From: Candidatus Bathyarchaeota archaeon
GTDB lineage: Archaea; Thermoproteota; Bathyarchaeia; Bathyarchaeales; Bathycorpusculaceae
Direction of reading: 5' to 3'
DNA length: 64,000 nt
Assembly (NCBI GenBank): GCA_963782525.1
Contig: CAWAKC010000010.1
Location: 160,001 to 224,000 of the forward strand
The position numbers and the translations under genes are program-made. Positions within the stretch are counted from its first letter, which is position 1. Each line of letters starts with the position of its first letter. This document shows, in pieces, positions 30,988-41,162 of this stretch. The notes under the pieces are model-generated. The model was given only the letters and a program-made list of their open reading frames with translations. It ran no database searches and was not told the DNA's origin.

Positions 30988-32577
30988 ATGCGTGTAATTC
31001 TTTGTATCCCTCCAGTTTCTTCGTTAGTTCCTTATCCTGCAATTCCATACTTAACAAGTAGTCTGAAGGCAAATAATCAAAAGGTTAGTACTTTTGATCT
31101 GAACATTAAGGCTTTTAATTCAACTCTTTTTCGCATAGGCGTGGATATTAAGCCCGGAAAAATTTTACGTAACATTAATCCTGGCGTAAGCGCGAAATGG
31201 ACCAAAGTTCCTGAGGCAAATATTTACTCGACCATGCGAGAGAGCAAAGAAATTTTCGAAGAAATTATGTCAGAAGAGGCGGCTGATCAATTAGGTTGTC
31301 CCCATTCAAACTTAAAGTCCAGATATACCATAACCACAGAAGTAAAACAGCAAATAATTTCGGATGTTTGGAAAACTTGTAACAATTGGTTATCGGAGCT
31401 TGCCAGTGATACCAAAGAACAAAGTATTATAGGCTTCCATGTAATTAGTCAAACTGGATTGTTGTGGAGCATACTTCTTTCGCGAAAATTAAAGAAAATT
31501 CTTCCCAGGATTTTAACAGTCTTGGGAGGTCCGGCATTCCTCGCATGGGGCAAAGTTCTCTCTACCCATCCCGAAATTGACATAATAGTTCGAGGGGAAG
31601 GCGAGACAACAATCTCTGAAATAGCAAATTTCTATGACGGAAGCTTAGAATCAATAAAAGGAATCAACGGAATTTCATACCGAAACAGAGAAAATAAAAT
31701 TATTACCGTTGCGGACCGCCCATTAATAAAATCTCTTAATGCTTTGCCTTTTCCCAATTATGATGATTTGCCATTAAAAGAATACCCTCAGAACAAGTTC
31801 GAGATGCCTATAATTCCAGTTGTCGGCTCTAGAGGATGCATTGGAAACTGCGTTTTTTGTGTTGAAAAACGCTTATGGGGGAACACCTATCGGATGCGTA
31901 CACCTGAAAATATCTTATCCGAATTCAAAAATATTAAAGAAAAATGTGGGCCTTCTTTTATTCGCTTCAACGACAGTTTAATTAATTGTAATATAAAGTC
32001 GCTAGAAACATTCTGCAATTTATTGATTAAAGAGAATATCAGAATGCAGTGGATGGGTAATGCTCGAATCCGACCTGAGATGACCGATAAATTGCTTAAA
32101 AAAATGCACCAAGCAGGTTGTGTAGGATTATGGTATGGCATAGAATCTGGGTCTCAAAGAATATTGAATAAAATGAAAAAAGGGTATAATTTGGAAACGG
32201 CGAAACAAGTGATCCAAGATACTGCAAGAAACTCCATTCGCGTTCTAATATTCATGATAGTGGATTTTCCGGGAGAAACACCACACGATTTTAAACAATC
32301 AGTTGACTTCTTACAGCAGAATCAAGTTAACATTGATCAAGTCAGCATTTCACGTTTCGGGATCTTGCATGATTCAGAAATATCTCTCAACCCACAAAAA
32401 TATGGACTTAAAGTTACTGAGAAAAAAGTGGGCGTAAATTACAATTATACATATTCACCTAGACCCATAAGCAATCGATATGAAATCTTAGATTCTGCCT
32501 GGAAGCATTTGAGCATGCTAAAAACGGCGAACCACGTTAGAAGAAATCCTGTAAAAATAATCGTTCCTTATTTCTGA
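30988..32577 (+). CDS. Cobalamin (B12)-binding radical SAM protein (class B methyltransferase-like)
   Basis: N-terminal B12 domain (IPP...AIPYLTSSL, VLGGP, VRGEGE), GSRGCIGNCVFC, YGIESGSQRIL, FPGET. Confidence 0.9.
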   Translation: MRVILCIPPVSSLVPYPAIPYLTSSLKANNQKVSTFDLNIKAFNSTLFRIGVDIKPGKILRNINPGVSAKWTKVPEANIYSTMRESKEIFEEIMSEEAADQLGCPHSNLKSRYTITTEVKQQIISDVWKTCNNWLSELASDTKEQSIIGFHVISQTGLLWSILLSRKLKKILPRILTVLGGPAFLAWGKVLSTHPEIDIIVRGEGETTISEIANFYDGSLESIKGINGISYRNRENKIITVADRPLIKSLNALPFPNYDDLPLKEYPQNKFEMPIIPVVGSRGCIGNCVFCVEKRLWGNTYRMRTPENILSEFKNIKEKCGPSFIRFNDSLINCNIKSLETFCNLLIKENIRMQWMGNARIRPEMTDKLLKKMHQAGCVGLWYGIESGSQRILNKMKKGYNLETAKQVIQDTARNSIRVLIFMIVDFPGETPHDFKQSVDFLQQNQVNIDQVSISRFGILHDSEISLNPQKYGLKVTEKKVGVNYNYTYSPRPISNRYEILDSAWKHLSMLKTANHVRRNPVKIIVPYF

Positions 32578-32647
32578 ACAAGTTTATCGCCAGAGATGCC
32601 TTCTGGCTATGTCTTTAGTTTAGTTCACTAAACCCATAAATATTGTT

Positions 32648-33856
32648 TTGAGAGATCTTAAAGTAGAGCAGCGATTATTTTTGCCAAAAAACAAATCAGC
32701 AACTAAACCCCTCTCTAAAAAACCTGCAAAAACTGGTTCTAAGACAAAAACAAATGCAGCTGTTTCAAAGAAAAGACAAACCAAGAAGCAAAATGAAACC
32801 CCACAAACACCTTTAGACAAAAATCAACCCTTTGCAAAATTGAACCCAGAAATATATGCGAAGCTTCAATCAACAATAGATGAACTCGTTATAGAAACCG
32901 TACCCAAGTACAATGAATGGTTAAATTCTGCATTTAGCGAAAAAATTATAGTAGAGGATTCTTCCAAGGACGACCCTGCCTCCATCAAAGTAGGCGGGTC
33001 TGGTGCGAAAATTGATCAGATGGTAGTTACTGCTTTCACTAAAGTTATTAATGAGGCAATTAAGAAAGCTTTGGAAAAAAATGATCATTCGGGAATTATG
33101 GAAAAATGGTTCAAAAAGAAATTTTGTGATGACCTTTCTGACATTCGTCCTGAAAGCAGGAATTATTACAAGTATTGTGTAAATAATTTCGTTACAAATT
33201 TTTTTTCTAAAGACCGAATATCGGGAAAGAAGATTCTCGACTTTGGATGTGGCCCAGGATACTATTCCGCGATTTTGGCCCAACGTGGATCATACGTAAT
33301 TGGAATTGACAGAAGTGCGTTTCTAATTCACAAAGCAAACGAACTCAAACAAAAACTAGGACTTAAAAATGTAGATTTCATTCAAGGAGATTTTCTTGAT
33401 TTTGCGGCAAATGTGATGCCTAAGGAGTTTGACTACATCATTGCAGTAGACACGATTGTGAGTTTTGACTATTCAAGACAAAAACATAACCATGAGGAAT
33501 TTTCCCAAGCATTGAGCAGAATCAACAGAATTCTGAAAGATCGTGGCAGATTCTTTATTATTGAAGCGCATCCTTTTTTTGGTCAACTTGCTAAAGGAAT
33601 AAAATTCTCAAGCGAAGGACATTTTCACGGTCGTTTACCCAATTATAAAATAGAATATAAAGGTAAAAATAATCCTCACCATTGGTTTACTCTTAACGAA
33701 ATAACCAGTGCTCTTAGTGAGAACTGCTTAGCAATTTGTAGGATTTATGAGCCCGATCCAAGCGTTGAATTAAAAAAAGAAAACGCCCAATTATTCAAAT
33801 TTTTCCTAAAGTATCCCCACATGATTGTATACGAAATATGCAAAGTAAGATCCTGA
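32648..33856 (+). CDS. Class I SAM-dependent methyltransferase fused to a precursor-homologous N-terminal domain
   Basis: KILDFGCGPG, GIDRS, FIQGD, LKDRGRF; N-terminus shares YAKLQSTI and ID..V..A..K....AI..ALEK with 30242-30685. Probable start TTG 32681. Confidence 0.85.
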   Translation: MRDLKVEQRLFLPKNKSATKPLSKKPAKTGSKTKTNAAVSKKRQTKKQNETPQTPLDKNQPFAKLNPEIYAKLQSTIDELVIETVPKYNEWLNSAFSEKIIVEDSSKDDPASIKVGGSGAKIDQMVVTAFTKVINEAIKKALEKNDHSGIMEKWFKKKFCDDLSDIRPESRNYYKYCVNNFVTNFFSKDRISGKKILDFGCGPGYYSAILAQRGSYVIGIDRSAFLIHKANELKQKLGLKNVDFIQGDFLDFAANVMPKEFDYIIAVDTIVSFDYSRQKHNHEEFSQALSRINRILKDRGRFFIIEAHPFFGQLAKGIKFSSEGHFHGRLPNYKIEYKGKNNPHHWFTLNEITSALSENCLAICRIYEPDPSVELKKENAQLFKFFLKYPHMIVYEICKVRS

Positions 33857-34046
33857 TTAATATGCCATCTAGTATTCATCATGAGTTTGCTCTTTTTTAT
33901 TGCTTAAACTAACCTATCTTTTATCCACAAATCAATAAGTTACGGGTTAATTTCCGTTTGATTGACTAATATAAACTTTCAACAGCAACATATCCATAAA
34001 TATAGTACCCAAAGATATCCTAACTTAATATGTTTCTGCTGGAGTT

Positions 34047-35210
34047 TTGAAGAGGTGGACTGGGAGCAACATTTTTTTCCAGCTGCTCGTTTTATATATG
34101 CGATTGAGTATGTCGGTTTTCCTTTTTGACCAAGAAACGATAGGTATGATTCGCTACATTCTGGCACTTCGACGTTTTAAGGAGTATTCAGTTGGACCTC
34201 AAGGCTTAGATGAGTATCTTTGTGCCGTATCTTTCAATAGGGTGCTAATCCAGACGGGGCTAAAATTTTCCAAGTTTCAGAAAGATAATCCGGGAGATAT
34301 CCGAGTGTATGAGGTTATCCGTTTCTTAGAGCAGAAAAGCCACATAAATCCTCCAACGGCGCAGAAACTGAGAGAATACGTGGATTTTTATGACTCCCTG
34401 ATGAATACCAATTGTCAAACAGCTCCAATAAAGGCTAATTCTAAAGCTCAGGAAATCTTGCGGTTTCTCTGTATTGAAGCGGGCTTGGACCAAGATGAGG
34501 AACTCAAAAATAGGACATTCGAGGACATAGCAACTCTTGCAACAAGGCAATCTGCTGCAAACCAGAATTACGAGAAGCTTGTTGAATCTGATTTTGACAA
34601 TTTTGATAAACTCTACGAGAAGTGTCCGTCTTTGAAGCTGGAAATAGAAAAAAGATTAACGACCTCATTGCGGGGTGCACAAATATCGGGTTTCACTCCT
34701 AATACTGGTGGGATATGGCTGCCTTTTGTTACGCTTGAAACAAATGATAGTAGAGCACATATTGATAGGGCAAGTGTTGGAGTAATCTTTACGCCTCTTG
34801 ATGTTAGGATAGGATTGAATTTTGGTAGTCAGGCTCACAAGTTTAGGATGAGATATTATGGAATGCTTTTGAATGGGGAATTGATGAATGAGTTGGAGTT
34901 TCTTAACCGCAGAGATACGGGATACTGTTTCTGTGACACTTTTTGGAATTATCATATAAGGAATTTGCAGTCTCTTCAATGGTGTCTTACTCTTTATGGC
35001 AGTACTAAGATTAGTATTGAAAACGCTATTGAAGAGACTAGACAGCTTGAGGGAACTTTTTTGACGGCAAACAAGTACTTAATTAGTAAAGTGATTAGGA
35101 GAAGTCGGGAAGATTTTGCTTATGTTTTAAACGGACTTGTTGATGAGATTTCTAAGACTTTAAATGAACTTTATCCAACAATAGAGCGTATTAACAAAGC
35201 TCAAGCCTGA
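34047..35210 (+). CDS. Hypothetical protein
   Basis: 387-aa ORF with no motif recognised; true start is probably downstream. Confidence 0.65.
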   Translation: MKRWTGSNIFFQLLVLYMRLSMSVFLFDQETIGMIRYILALRRFKEYSVGPQGLDEYLCAVSFNRVLIQTGLKFSKFQKDNPGDIRVYEVIRFLEQKSHINPPTAQKLREYVDFYDSLMNTNCQTAPIKANSKAQEILRFLCIEAGLDQDEELKNRTFEDIATLATRQSAANQNYEKLVESDFDNFDKLYEKCPSLKLEIEKRLTTSLRGAQISGFTPNTGGIWLPFVTLETNDSRAHIDRASVGVIFTPLDVRIGLNFGSQAHKFRMRYYGMLLNGELMNELEFLNRRDTGYCFCDTFWNYHIRNLQSLQWCLTLYGSTKISIENAIEETRQLEGTFLTANKYLISKVIRRSREDFAYVLNGLVDEISKTLNELYPTIERINKAQA

Positions 35211-35246
35211 ACTCTTGGACGTGGATCATAAGTTATTCTGAGTTAA

Positions 35247-35774
35247 TCACGGGATGTTTTGAAGAACCCAAATCAGAGTGTCTCTTTCAATTCTTCTCTT
35301 CTCGTTTGAGCGGTCGTTTGGAGTTTCCGCAATTAGAGTATTTAGTTGATTGAGCTTTTCATCGATTTTGCTTCTCAATTCTCCAAGGTTGACCTTTTCG
35401 TAAACCTCTCTTTCTGACTTTTCGGGGTGATCAAAGTTGTTGTTTTCTGTTTTCTTTTCTATTTTTTCCGCAGATTTTTCTCGATTTCTGTTTGGTGTTT
35501 CGGGTATTAAGCTACCAAGTTTACTTGTTAAGTTGTTTAATGTGGCAGTTGTTATTCCTCTATCAGTTAAATTGTATTTTTTCGTGAACTTTTTGATTGT
35601 GCCTGAAATTCTGTCTGCTTCTTCTTTGTCATCTACTTTTATCAGGATTTTATTATGTGGGTAACCGAGTTGGTAGCCCGCGTTGTATCCTCTTTCCTCA
35701 AGAATTTTTACTATAAGTTGGGCAAGGTTTTCATCGTTCGGTTTAAAAACTTCATAGTCCTTCGGCATATTCAT
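35247..35774 (-). CDS. Hypothetical protein
   Basis: 175-aa charged ORF. Confidence 0.6.
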   Translation of the reverse strand: MNMPKDYEVFKPNDENLAQLIVKILEERGYNAGYQLGYPHNKILIKVDDKEEADRISGTIKKFTKKYNLTDRGITTATLNNLTSKLGSLIPETPNRNREKSAEKIEKKTENNNFDHPEKSEREVYEKVNLGELRSKIDEKLNQLNTLIAETPNDRSNEKRRIERDTLIWVLQNIP

Positions 35775-35906
35775 TCACAACTTGCTTGTTTATTTCTAAG
35801 CTTTACGGATTTAAGATTTGTTAAAAACCCAAATTTGTTTTCTGAATTTATAAGAGCTAAACTTAAAATGTGAAGTATCTTAGCAGAGAACTTTTATCCA
35901 TTTGTT

Positions 35907-36239
35907 TTATTTTGACCTATAATCGCTAGAGATTGAGCTGTAGGGATTCTCTTTCTCTCTTCTCTCAGCAGTTTCTTTCATTTCTTCAACAACTTGACCT
36001 ATACTTGCCATGGGCAACACGTCTCTAGAAACGATTGACCGGGATAATAGTTCAATTTTTTCATTAAGTGCGCTGACCTTAATCTCAAAAATCGTCAGGT
36101 CTTTATCTGTCACATAAAGTTCTACGATACAGTCTTTTGGGTGTTCTTCGGGAATTCCTCGGACAATGATTGCGTAATAATCATGTTTTCCCCTTGAAAA
36201 GAGGCTTCCAACTGAGTCAACGATTGTCCAGTTTAACAT
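35907..36239 (-). CDS. Hypothetical protein
   Basis: 110-aa ORF. Confidence 0.55.
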   Translation of the reverse strand: MLNWTIVDSVGSLFSRGKHDYYAIIVRGIPEEHPKDCIVELYVTDKDLTIFEIKVSALNEKIELLSRSIVSRDVLPMASIGQVVEEMKETAERREKENPYSSISSDYRSK

Positions 36240-36438
36240 TCAGATCATTATGTCTATTGTAATACCGGTCTTTTATTTTTAGTTAAACAGAAATTAACCG
36301 TATTCAAAATCTGGATTGAACGTTAACAGCAAATCAGACTTAAATGGCTTTATTTTCAGTAATGCAGGCAGCTACACCGTTTGTGGTAGTGTGACATTAC
36401 ACACAATAGTTTATGATTGAGTCTAAGGGCAGTTAAGT

Positions 36439-36816
36439 ATGCCTCGATCTTGTTCGGGGTCTACGAAGAATAGGCTGAAAATAATCATGATGCCCAGTTT
36501 ATATCTGCTTAAGAAAAGTAGTGGTCGATCAGAATACTCAAAGAAAACGGAAGTTCAAGTGGTAGTGGTAGATCTGGACAAATCAAAGCAGTACCCCTTA
36601 AACTTTGTCTGCATTCTTCCTCAAGCAACAGCGTCGTTGGGAAAGCCAATACATATTTTCGGCAAGGTTTTTGGTGCAAGCAGCTTGGAAGTTGCCAATA
36701 AACTCTTGCATAGAGCTTTGAAAAAAGAAAAAGATGAAGACATCAGAAAAGAGCTCACTAAACGGTTGAGGGCACTTAAAACCTACTCTGACAGCCAAAT
36801 TATGATTGCTAACTAA
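36439..36816 (+). CDS. Hypothetical protein
   Basis: ORF with VVVDLDKSKQYPLNFVCILP; likely start at MMPSL. Confidence 0.6.
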   Translation: MPRSCSGSTKNRLKIIMMPSLYLLKKSSGRSEYSKKTEVQVVVVDLDKSKQYPLNFVCILPQATASLGKPIHIFGKVFGASSLEVANKLLHRALKKEKDEDIRKELTKRLRALKTYSDSQIMIAN

Positions 36817-37188
36817 AAAATCCTGACTATTCTAACGCATATGAGAAAGCGAAGGAAAAAAACAAGCCTCTAGGAAATTCGTTTTTTCTTCTTCTAAATT
36901 TTTGAGATATTGCCAAACTTGAAACATACCTTTTATGCCTTGCAGATAACTTTAAGAAGAAAAGATGACCTTCTCAGGCAGGCGAGGCGAACACTTCCCT
37001 TCTCAACTTGTCCTCTTGTCAGCGCTTAATTGCGCAAATAAAAAAGACTCTAAAAATGCCTCCTTAATTTCGCAAAAACATCAAGAATCCCATAAATTGA
37101 TTTGGAGCAAGGCTGAACCGAACCGGGTTTACCCCAAAATACGTGAAAGCCTTTTAAACAAAATTAGAAATGTGGAAATGTAGGTTTC

Positions 37189-37488
37189 CTATGGTTTGGT
37201 AAGCACGATTTCTATTGTTGAAACCATTCGTGATCTACTTTCGCCTTCTCTTGGCGGCATCTCTTCCGTTGCTATCTGGATTTTGCTAACTTTCAGGTCC
37301 TTTATGAAGCGATTTCTCGTTATTTCAGCGGCGTCAACTGCTGTAGTTATTGCCTGTCCTCTAGCTTTCAAAGTTATTTCTTTAGCGTTGCTTGCAGACA
37401 GACCTGTAATTATCGCTAGAACATAATCCATGGGCATTTTATTTCCGACGAAAACAATTCCCGATCTTTCAACCATTTCATTCACCAT
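37189..37488 (-). CDS. albA: DNA/RNA-binding protein Alba
   Basis: VFVGNK.PMDYVLA, ITLKARGQAITTAVDAAEI, VSTIEIVL. Confidence 0.95.
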   Translation of the reverse strand: MVNEMVERSGIVFVGNKMPMDYVLAIITGLSASNAKEITLKARGQAITTAVDAAEITRNRFIKDLKVSKIQIATEEMPPREGESRSRMVSTIEIVLTKP

Positions 37489-38160
37489 TATAAAGCATTA
37501 CTGATCTATACATGCAACCTTACTTATAAGCGATTAAATAGAATCTGAGAAAGAACTGAAATTAATTGTATAGGCATATTCTGACTTTTGCCTTTAGCTA
37601 TTTAGTGAGCTGGAATCTTGAAATAGTGGATTCGAGGCTAAAACGATTTGAGTTACTGTGAGGGTTTTATGATATTATTTCTCGAAAGCTGAACTTTAAT
37701 GAGTCAGCATTCTGCTAATTAATGCAAGCGGTGAATAACTTTGAAGGCTGTTAATGAATCGCTAAGCGTCAGCATGAGAACTGCAGTCGGTTTGCTCGAG
37801 TTATTTCTTGTTGCAATTATTCTTGCTTTCTTGACTACTTTTCAACGGGCACGACTGAAATGCGACTTCTATCGGTAGTCTTCATAACTCCAATCGCTAT
37901 CTTGAGTGGAGTTTTCATCTATTATTGCAGAAGAAAGAATGTTTGGAGTTAGCAGGAGCTTCAATTTTGGGGGCATTAGGAGTCATTCTCCGAGTAGCCG
38001 TTAGTACTCAACCGGGTCTTTAGGTAGGTGGTGGTCTGCCGGCGGGTGTCACTGCTCTATACATAGTTCTAGGTGCCCTTGTTTCAATGAAGAATTACGC
38101 GTCAAAGCTTGAATTAAGGAAAATATAGACGACTAAAGGTTAGGCCAGAGTGTCCAGGCG

Positions 38161-38736
38161 TTGTCACACGCTCAAAGCAAAATGCCATTTACATTTGAGC
38201 GCCTGAATTTATATTCAGATTTTATGACACAAATAGAATTTAAAGCAACAATTCAGATAAACGGATTAAATCCGTTCGTACTCGTAAGTAAGCAAAACGT
38301 TGAAGATTTGAAAAAAGGCTGGAAAAAACCCATGCCTGTATTCGCCCAAATTAATGGGGCTCCGGAAAAGCCGTGGAGGATTAATTTGATGCCTAAAGGT
38401 GACGGTAACTTTTACTTTTACCTTAATGGCACTATTCGGAAATCATCGGGCACGAAGGTCGGCGACGAAGTTTTGGTGCATTTGAGCTTTGATGAGTCAT
38501 ATCGAGGCGGACCAGCTTATCTAATGCCGCCATGGTTCAGCGTTTCACTTTCAAAGAACATGAAAGCACAAGCTGCTTGGAATGCGCTTTCCGCAAGCCG
38601 GAAAAAAGAGATTCTTCGCTACTTTTCCTGGCTCAAGTCAGACGAAGCCCGCGAACGAAATGTTACGCGGGCACTTTTAGTTCTGTCGGGCAACGAAGGC
38701 AGGTTTATGGCTCGGACCCGGAAGAATGGCAAATAA
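38161..38736 (+). CDS. DUF1905 plus YdeI/OmpD-associated domain protein
   Basis: NLMPKGDG...KVGDEV; AWNALSASRKKEILRY...KSDEARERNV. Confidence 0.8.
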   Translation: MSHAQSKMPFTFERLNLYSDFMTQIEFKATIQINGLNPFVLVSKQNVEDLKKGWKKPMPVFAQINGAPEKPWRINLMPKGDGNFYFYLNGTIRKSSGTKVGDEVLVHLSFDESYRGGPAYLMPPWFSVSLSKNMKAQAAWNALSASRKKEILRYFSWLKSDEARERNVTRALLVLSGNEGRFMARTRKNGK

Positions 38737-39077
38737 AAGAAATAGCTGGACACTTTTCTATCATTGACAAAAAAATTTTGTTTAACAAAAAGAAACCGCC
38801 ATAATATAGCGGTTTGCTTGGTTATTGGCCGTCCACGAGGTGAGCTGTGCCGTCTGGGCAGAATACTTTTTCGAATAGGGTGACTTTTGCAAAGCGACGT
38901 TGGCATTCGTGGAGTTGCCTTTCACATCCGTCACAATCACGGGATAACATTTTTTCATTTCGCCTACTAATATGACACCTGTCATAAGTTGCTTATACGC
39001 ATTTCTAAACAGAATTCAAGGTTATATGATCTTACTCTTGATTCTCCAACCTTAGGTGAATCAATACGAGGAACACC

Positions 39078-39101
39078 AAATCCTCTTTTTTAAGAGGATT
39101 T
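39078..39101. terminator. Intergenic hairpin
   Basis: AAATCCTCTT-TTTT-AAGAGGATTT perfect stem just after the 39111 stop. Confidence 0.45.
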
Positions 39102-39110
39102 TACCCTTTT

Positions 39111-39353
39111 CTACGGTGAATAAATAACCAAAAAATTTCTAATCTCTTCCACTAAAAACCGTCTCTTAAGAAAATTTCCAATTTCATGAAGGTTATAGTT
39201 GCCCCTTATTTTCAGTTGATAGCTACCTATTTTATCTAGTTCCAGAATAACAAAACTTGGACAAACAAGTTGGTTAGCGCCTAATTCGCTTAGTAGAGTT
39301 ATTGCTTCTTTGCGGTTCATTTGTTTCCCCATCCATTCACATTGAAGGTTCAA
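39111..39353 (-). CDS. Small hypothetical protein, paralog of 19650-19874
   Basis: Direct alignment with the 19650 ORF. Confidence 0.7.
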   Translation of the reverse strand: MNLQCEWMGKQMNRKEAITLLSELGANQLVCPSFVILELDKIGSYQLKIRGNYNLHEIGNFLKRRFLVEEIRNFLVIYSP

Positions 39354-39497
39354 AGTTTATAACATTTTTTTACAGACTTCGGGCAAGTTGTTTAGCTCAA
39401 ACCTCTAAAGGGATGATTAGTTGTTGAGTTATTGCGGCAAACGAAATGGGGATTAAAAGAAAATTTACGTGCAGGATAAATCAACGTTAATATATTT

Positions 39498-40061
39498 TTA
39501 AGTTTTCCGTTTGCTTGCTTCATCAGGTTTAGGCAGGGAACCAATCCATTCAGCTAGGTCCTTGAACATCATGGCAAAAACTACATCCTCACTTGACAAC
39601 ATCTGCGAATACTGAGCTATCGCATTGTCGTCGAGTTCTTCAGTCAGGTTTGGCAACTTAAAATCGTATTTTTCAATTATTCTCGGTCCAAAATCAAACG
39701 CTGGATCAGAAAGCAGCGATTCGAACTCCCGCCTCTTTTCCCTCATCTGTGCGTAAATGTCTTTTCTTATGTCCGAAATCATCGCTTTAATTTTTTCGTT
39801 AACCTCTGGAATCCCTTGTATGATTTCTTGACTGACTTTGTCTTGGGCTTTTCCGTCCATCGCTTCTGCCATTCCTGAAGCCATAGCGCTTGTTGCATCC
39901 ACCATTAAATTTGTAAATGCACCCATCATCGTGCTCATCAGAAGAACGCTCGTGTTAGCCATTGCGTTTAAGATTTTAGTTTCTCGACCTGACTTGCTAA
40001 GCAAAGCTGCATGTTCAATTTTTGTATTTTCTTTTTCTGTCCCACGTTTTTTTCTTGCCAT
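39498..40061 (-). CDS. Helical hypothetical protein
   Basis: 187-aa Met-rich ORF with GAGGA SD-like motif. Confidence 0.65.
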   Translation of the reverse strand: MARKKRGTEKENTKIEHAALLSKSGRETKILNAMANTSVLLMSTMMGAFTNLMVDATSAMASGMAEAMDGKAQDKVSQEIIQGIPEVNEKIKAMISDIRKDIYAQMREKRREFESLLSDPAFDFGPRIIEKYDFKLPNLTEELDDNAIAQYSQMLSSEDVVFAMMFKDLAEWIGSLPKPDEASKRKT

Positions 40062-40183
40062 GAAGCTATCCTCGTTTTAGATAACTAATAACCTTATCAC
40101 AAACAAAAAGATTCGGAGGAAAAAAACGAGTAGGGGAACATTAATTACCAGATCTATCGTTTATCCATAATGGAGTTTTTTAG

Positions 40184-40831
40184 TTGTCAACTCCTATAGA
40201 TGTGGTTCTTTGTTTTCATAATGCTTTTCGCAAAGATATGGCAGAGATAGATTATCAAGTCCTCACCATTGCTCAGCACGGGGGAAATCTGTTGCCTGTT
40301 TTAGACCGGTTGCATGTCATGGATGAAATCTTAGATTATCATGCTCGAGGTGAGGAAGCTGCGGTCTTTCCTGCTGTCGACAACGTCGCACCCCTCGTAG
40401 CCAGAGCGTACTTGATGGATCATCGAGAACTTGACAAGATGGTCGAGACCCTGAAAGATATGCGGCTACAAAAATCGCCAGACCCGCTCCTCGCGTCCAG
40501 AGCTACGGCGGTTCTAAATTCGCACTTGCGGATTCATTTAGATAAAGAAGACGCTCACCTCTACCCGATTCTAAGAGAGAAAACAACAGTAACCCAACAA
40601 GTGGCGATTGGTGGAATTATGTCGAGTAAGATCCCGCCAGACCGGTTCCCCGCAGCGATTGCGTGGCTGTTCCCCCTGCTCAACCTCAACGACCGAGTAA
40701 CAATCACGAGGGGCTGGATGATGTTTATGCCTCCGCAAGTGTTCGCGGGCGTTAAGCCGATCATAAAAAATGCTGTTGCGGAAGACTGGGATGCGATTGT
40801 GCAGCGAATCCCAGAATTGGATGACAAATAA
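40184..40831 (+). CDS. Hemerythrin-like (HHE) domain protein
   Basis: FHNAFRKD, YHARGEE...FP, DHRE, HLDKED..LYP. Confidence 0.85.
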   Translation: MSTPIDVVLCFHNAFRKDMAEIDYQVLTIAQHGGNLLPVLDRLHVMDEILDYHARGEEAAVFPAVDNVAPLVARAYLMDHRELDKMVETLKDMRLQKSPDPLLASRATAVLNSHLRIHLDKEDAHLYPILREKTTVTQQVAIGGIMSSKIPPDRFPAAIAWLFPLLNLNDRVTITRGWMMFMPPQVFAGVKPIIKNAVAEDWDAIVQRIPELDDK

Positions 40832-40880
40832 TCAGTTTTTGTGCAAGTGTTTTTCTTCTTTTAGAAGTACCAGCATTTCA

Positions 40881-41036
40881 TCAATGTTTAAGGTTCTTCT
40901 TTTTCGCTCTGTAATCATGGATTATTTCATTAATCTCTTCGATGGATAACTCGGAGGTGTTCTCAACTTCTTTATTTAGGCATTTGCTTATTTCTGTCAA
41001 TTCTTTGGTTAGGTCTGCTTTCTCATTCTTTGCCAT
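40881..41036 (-). CDS. 51-aa hypothetical protein
   Basis: Manual translation MAKNEKADL...LSIEEINEIIHDYRAKKKNLKH* with GGTGG SD-like motif. Confidence 0.4.
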   Translation of the reverse strand: MAKNEKADLTKELTEISKCLNKEVENTSELSIEEINEIIHDYRAKKKNLKH

Positions 41037-41162
41037 AGACTAAACCACCCATATTTTTACTTTCTTCCCTAAAAAGATGCGTAACAAGCACACCAATGAG
41101 ATCTATTCTGAAAGAAGAAAAACACAATCCTGTAGGAACAGCTGTTTTTCTTCTTCTAAGAG

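Noticed and set aside
37720-38130. Possible decayed membrane-protein gene
   Set aside because: Hydrophobic codon stretches are broken by several stops and shifts, and no family is recognisable.
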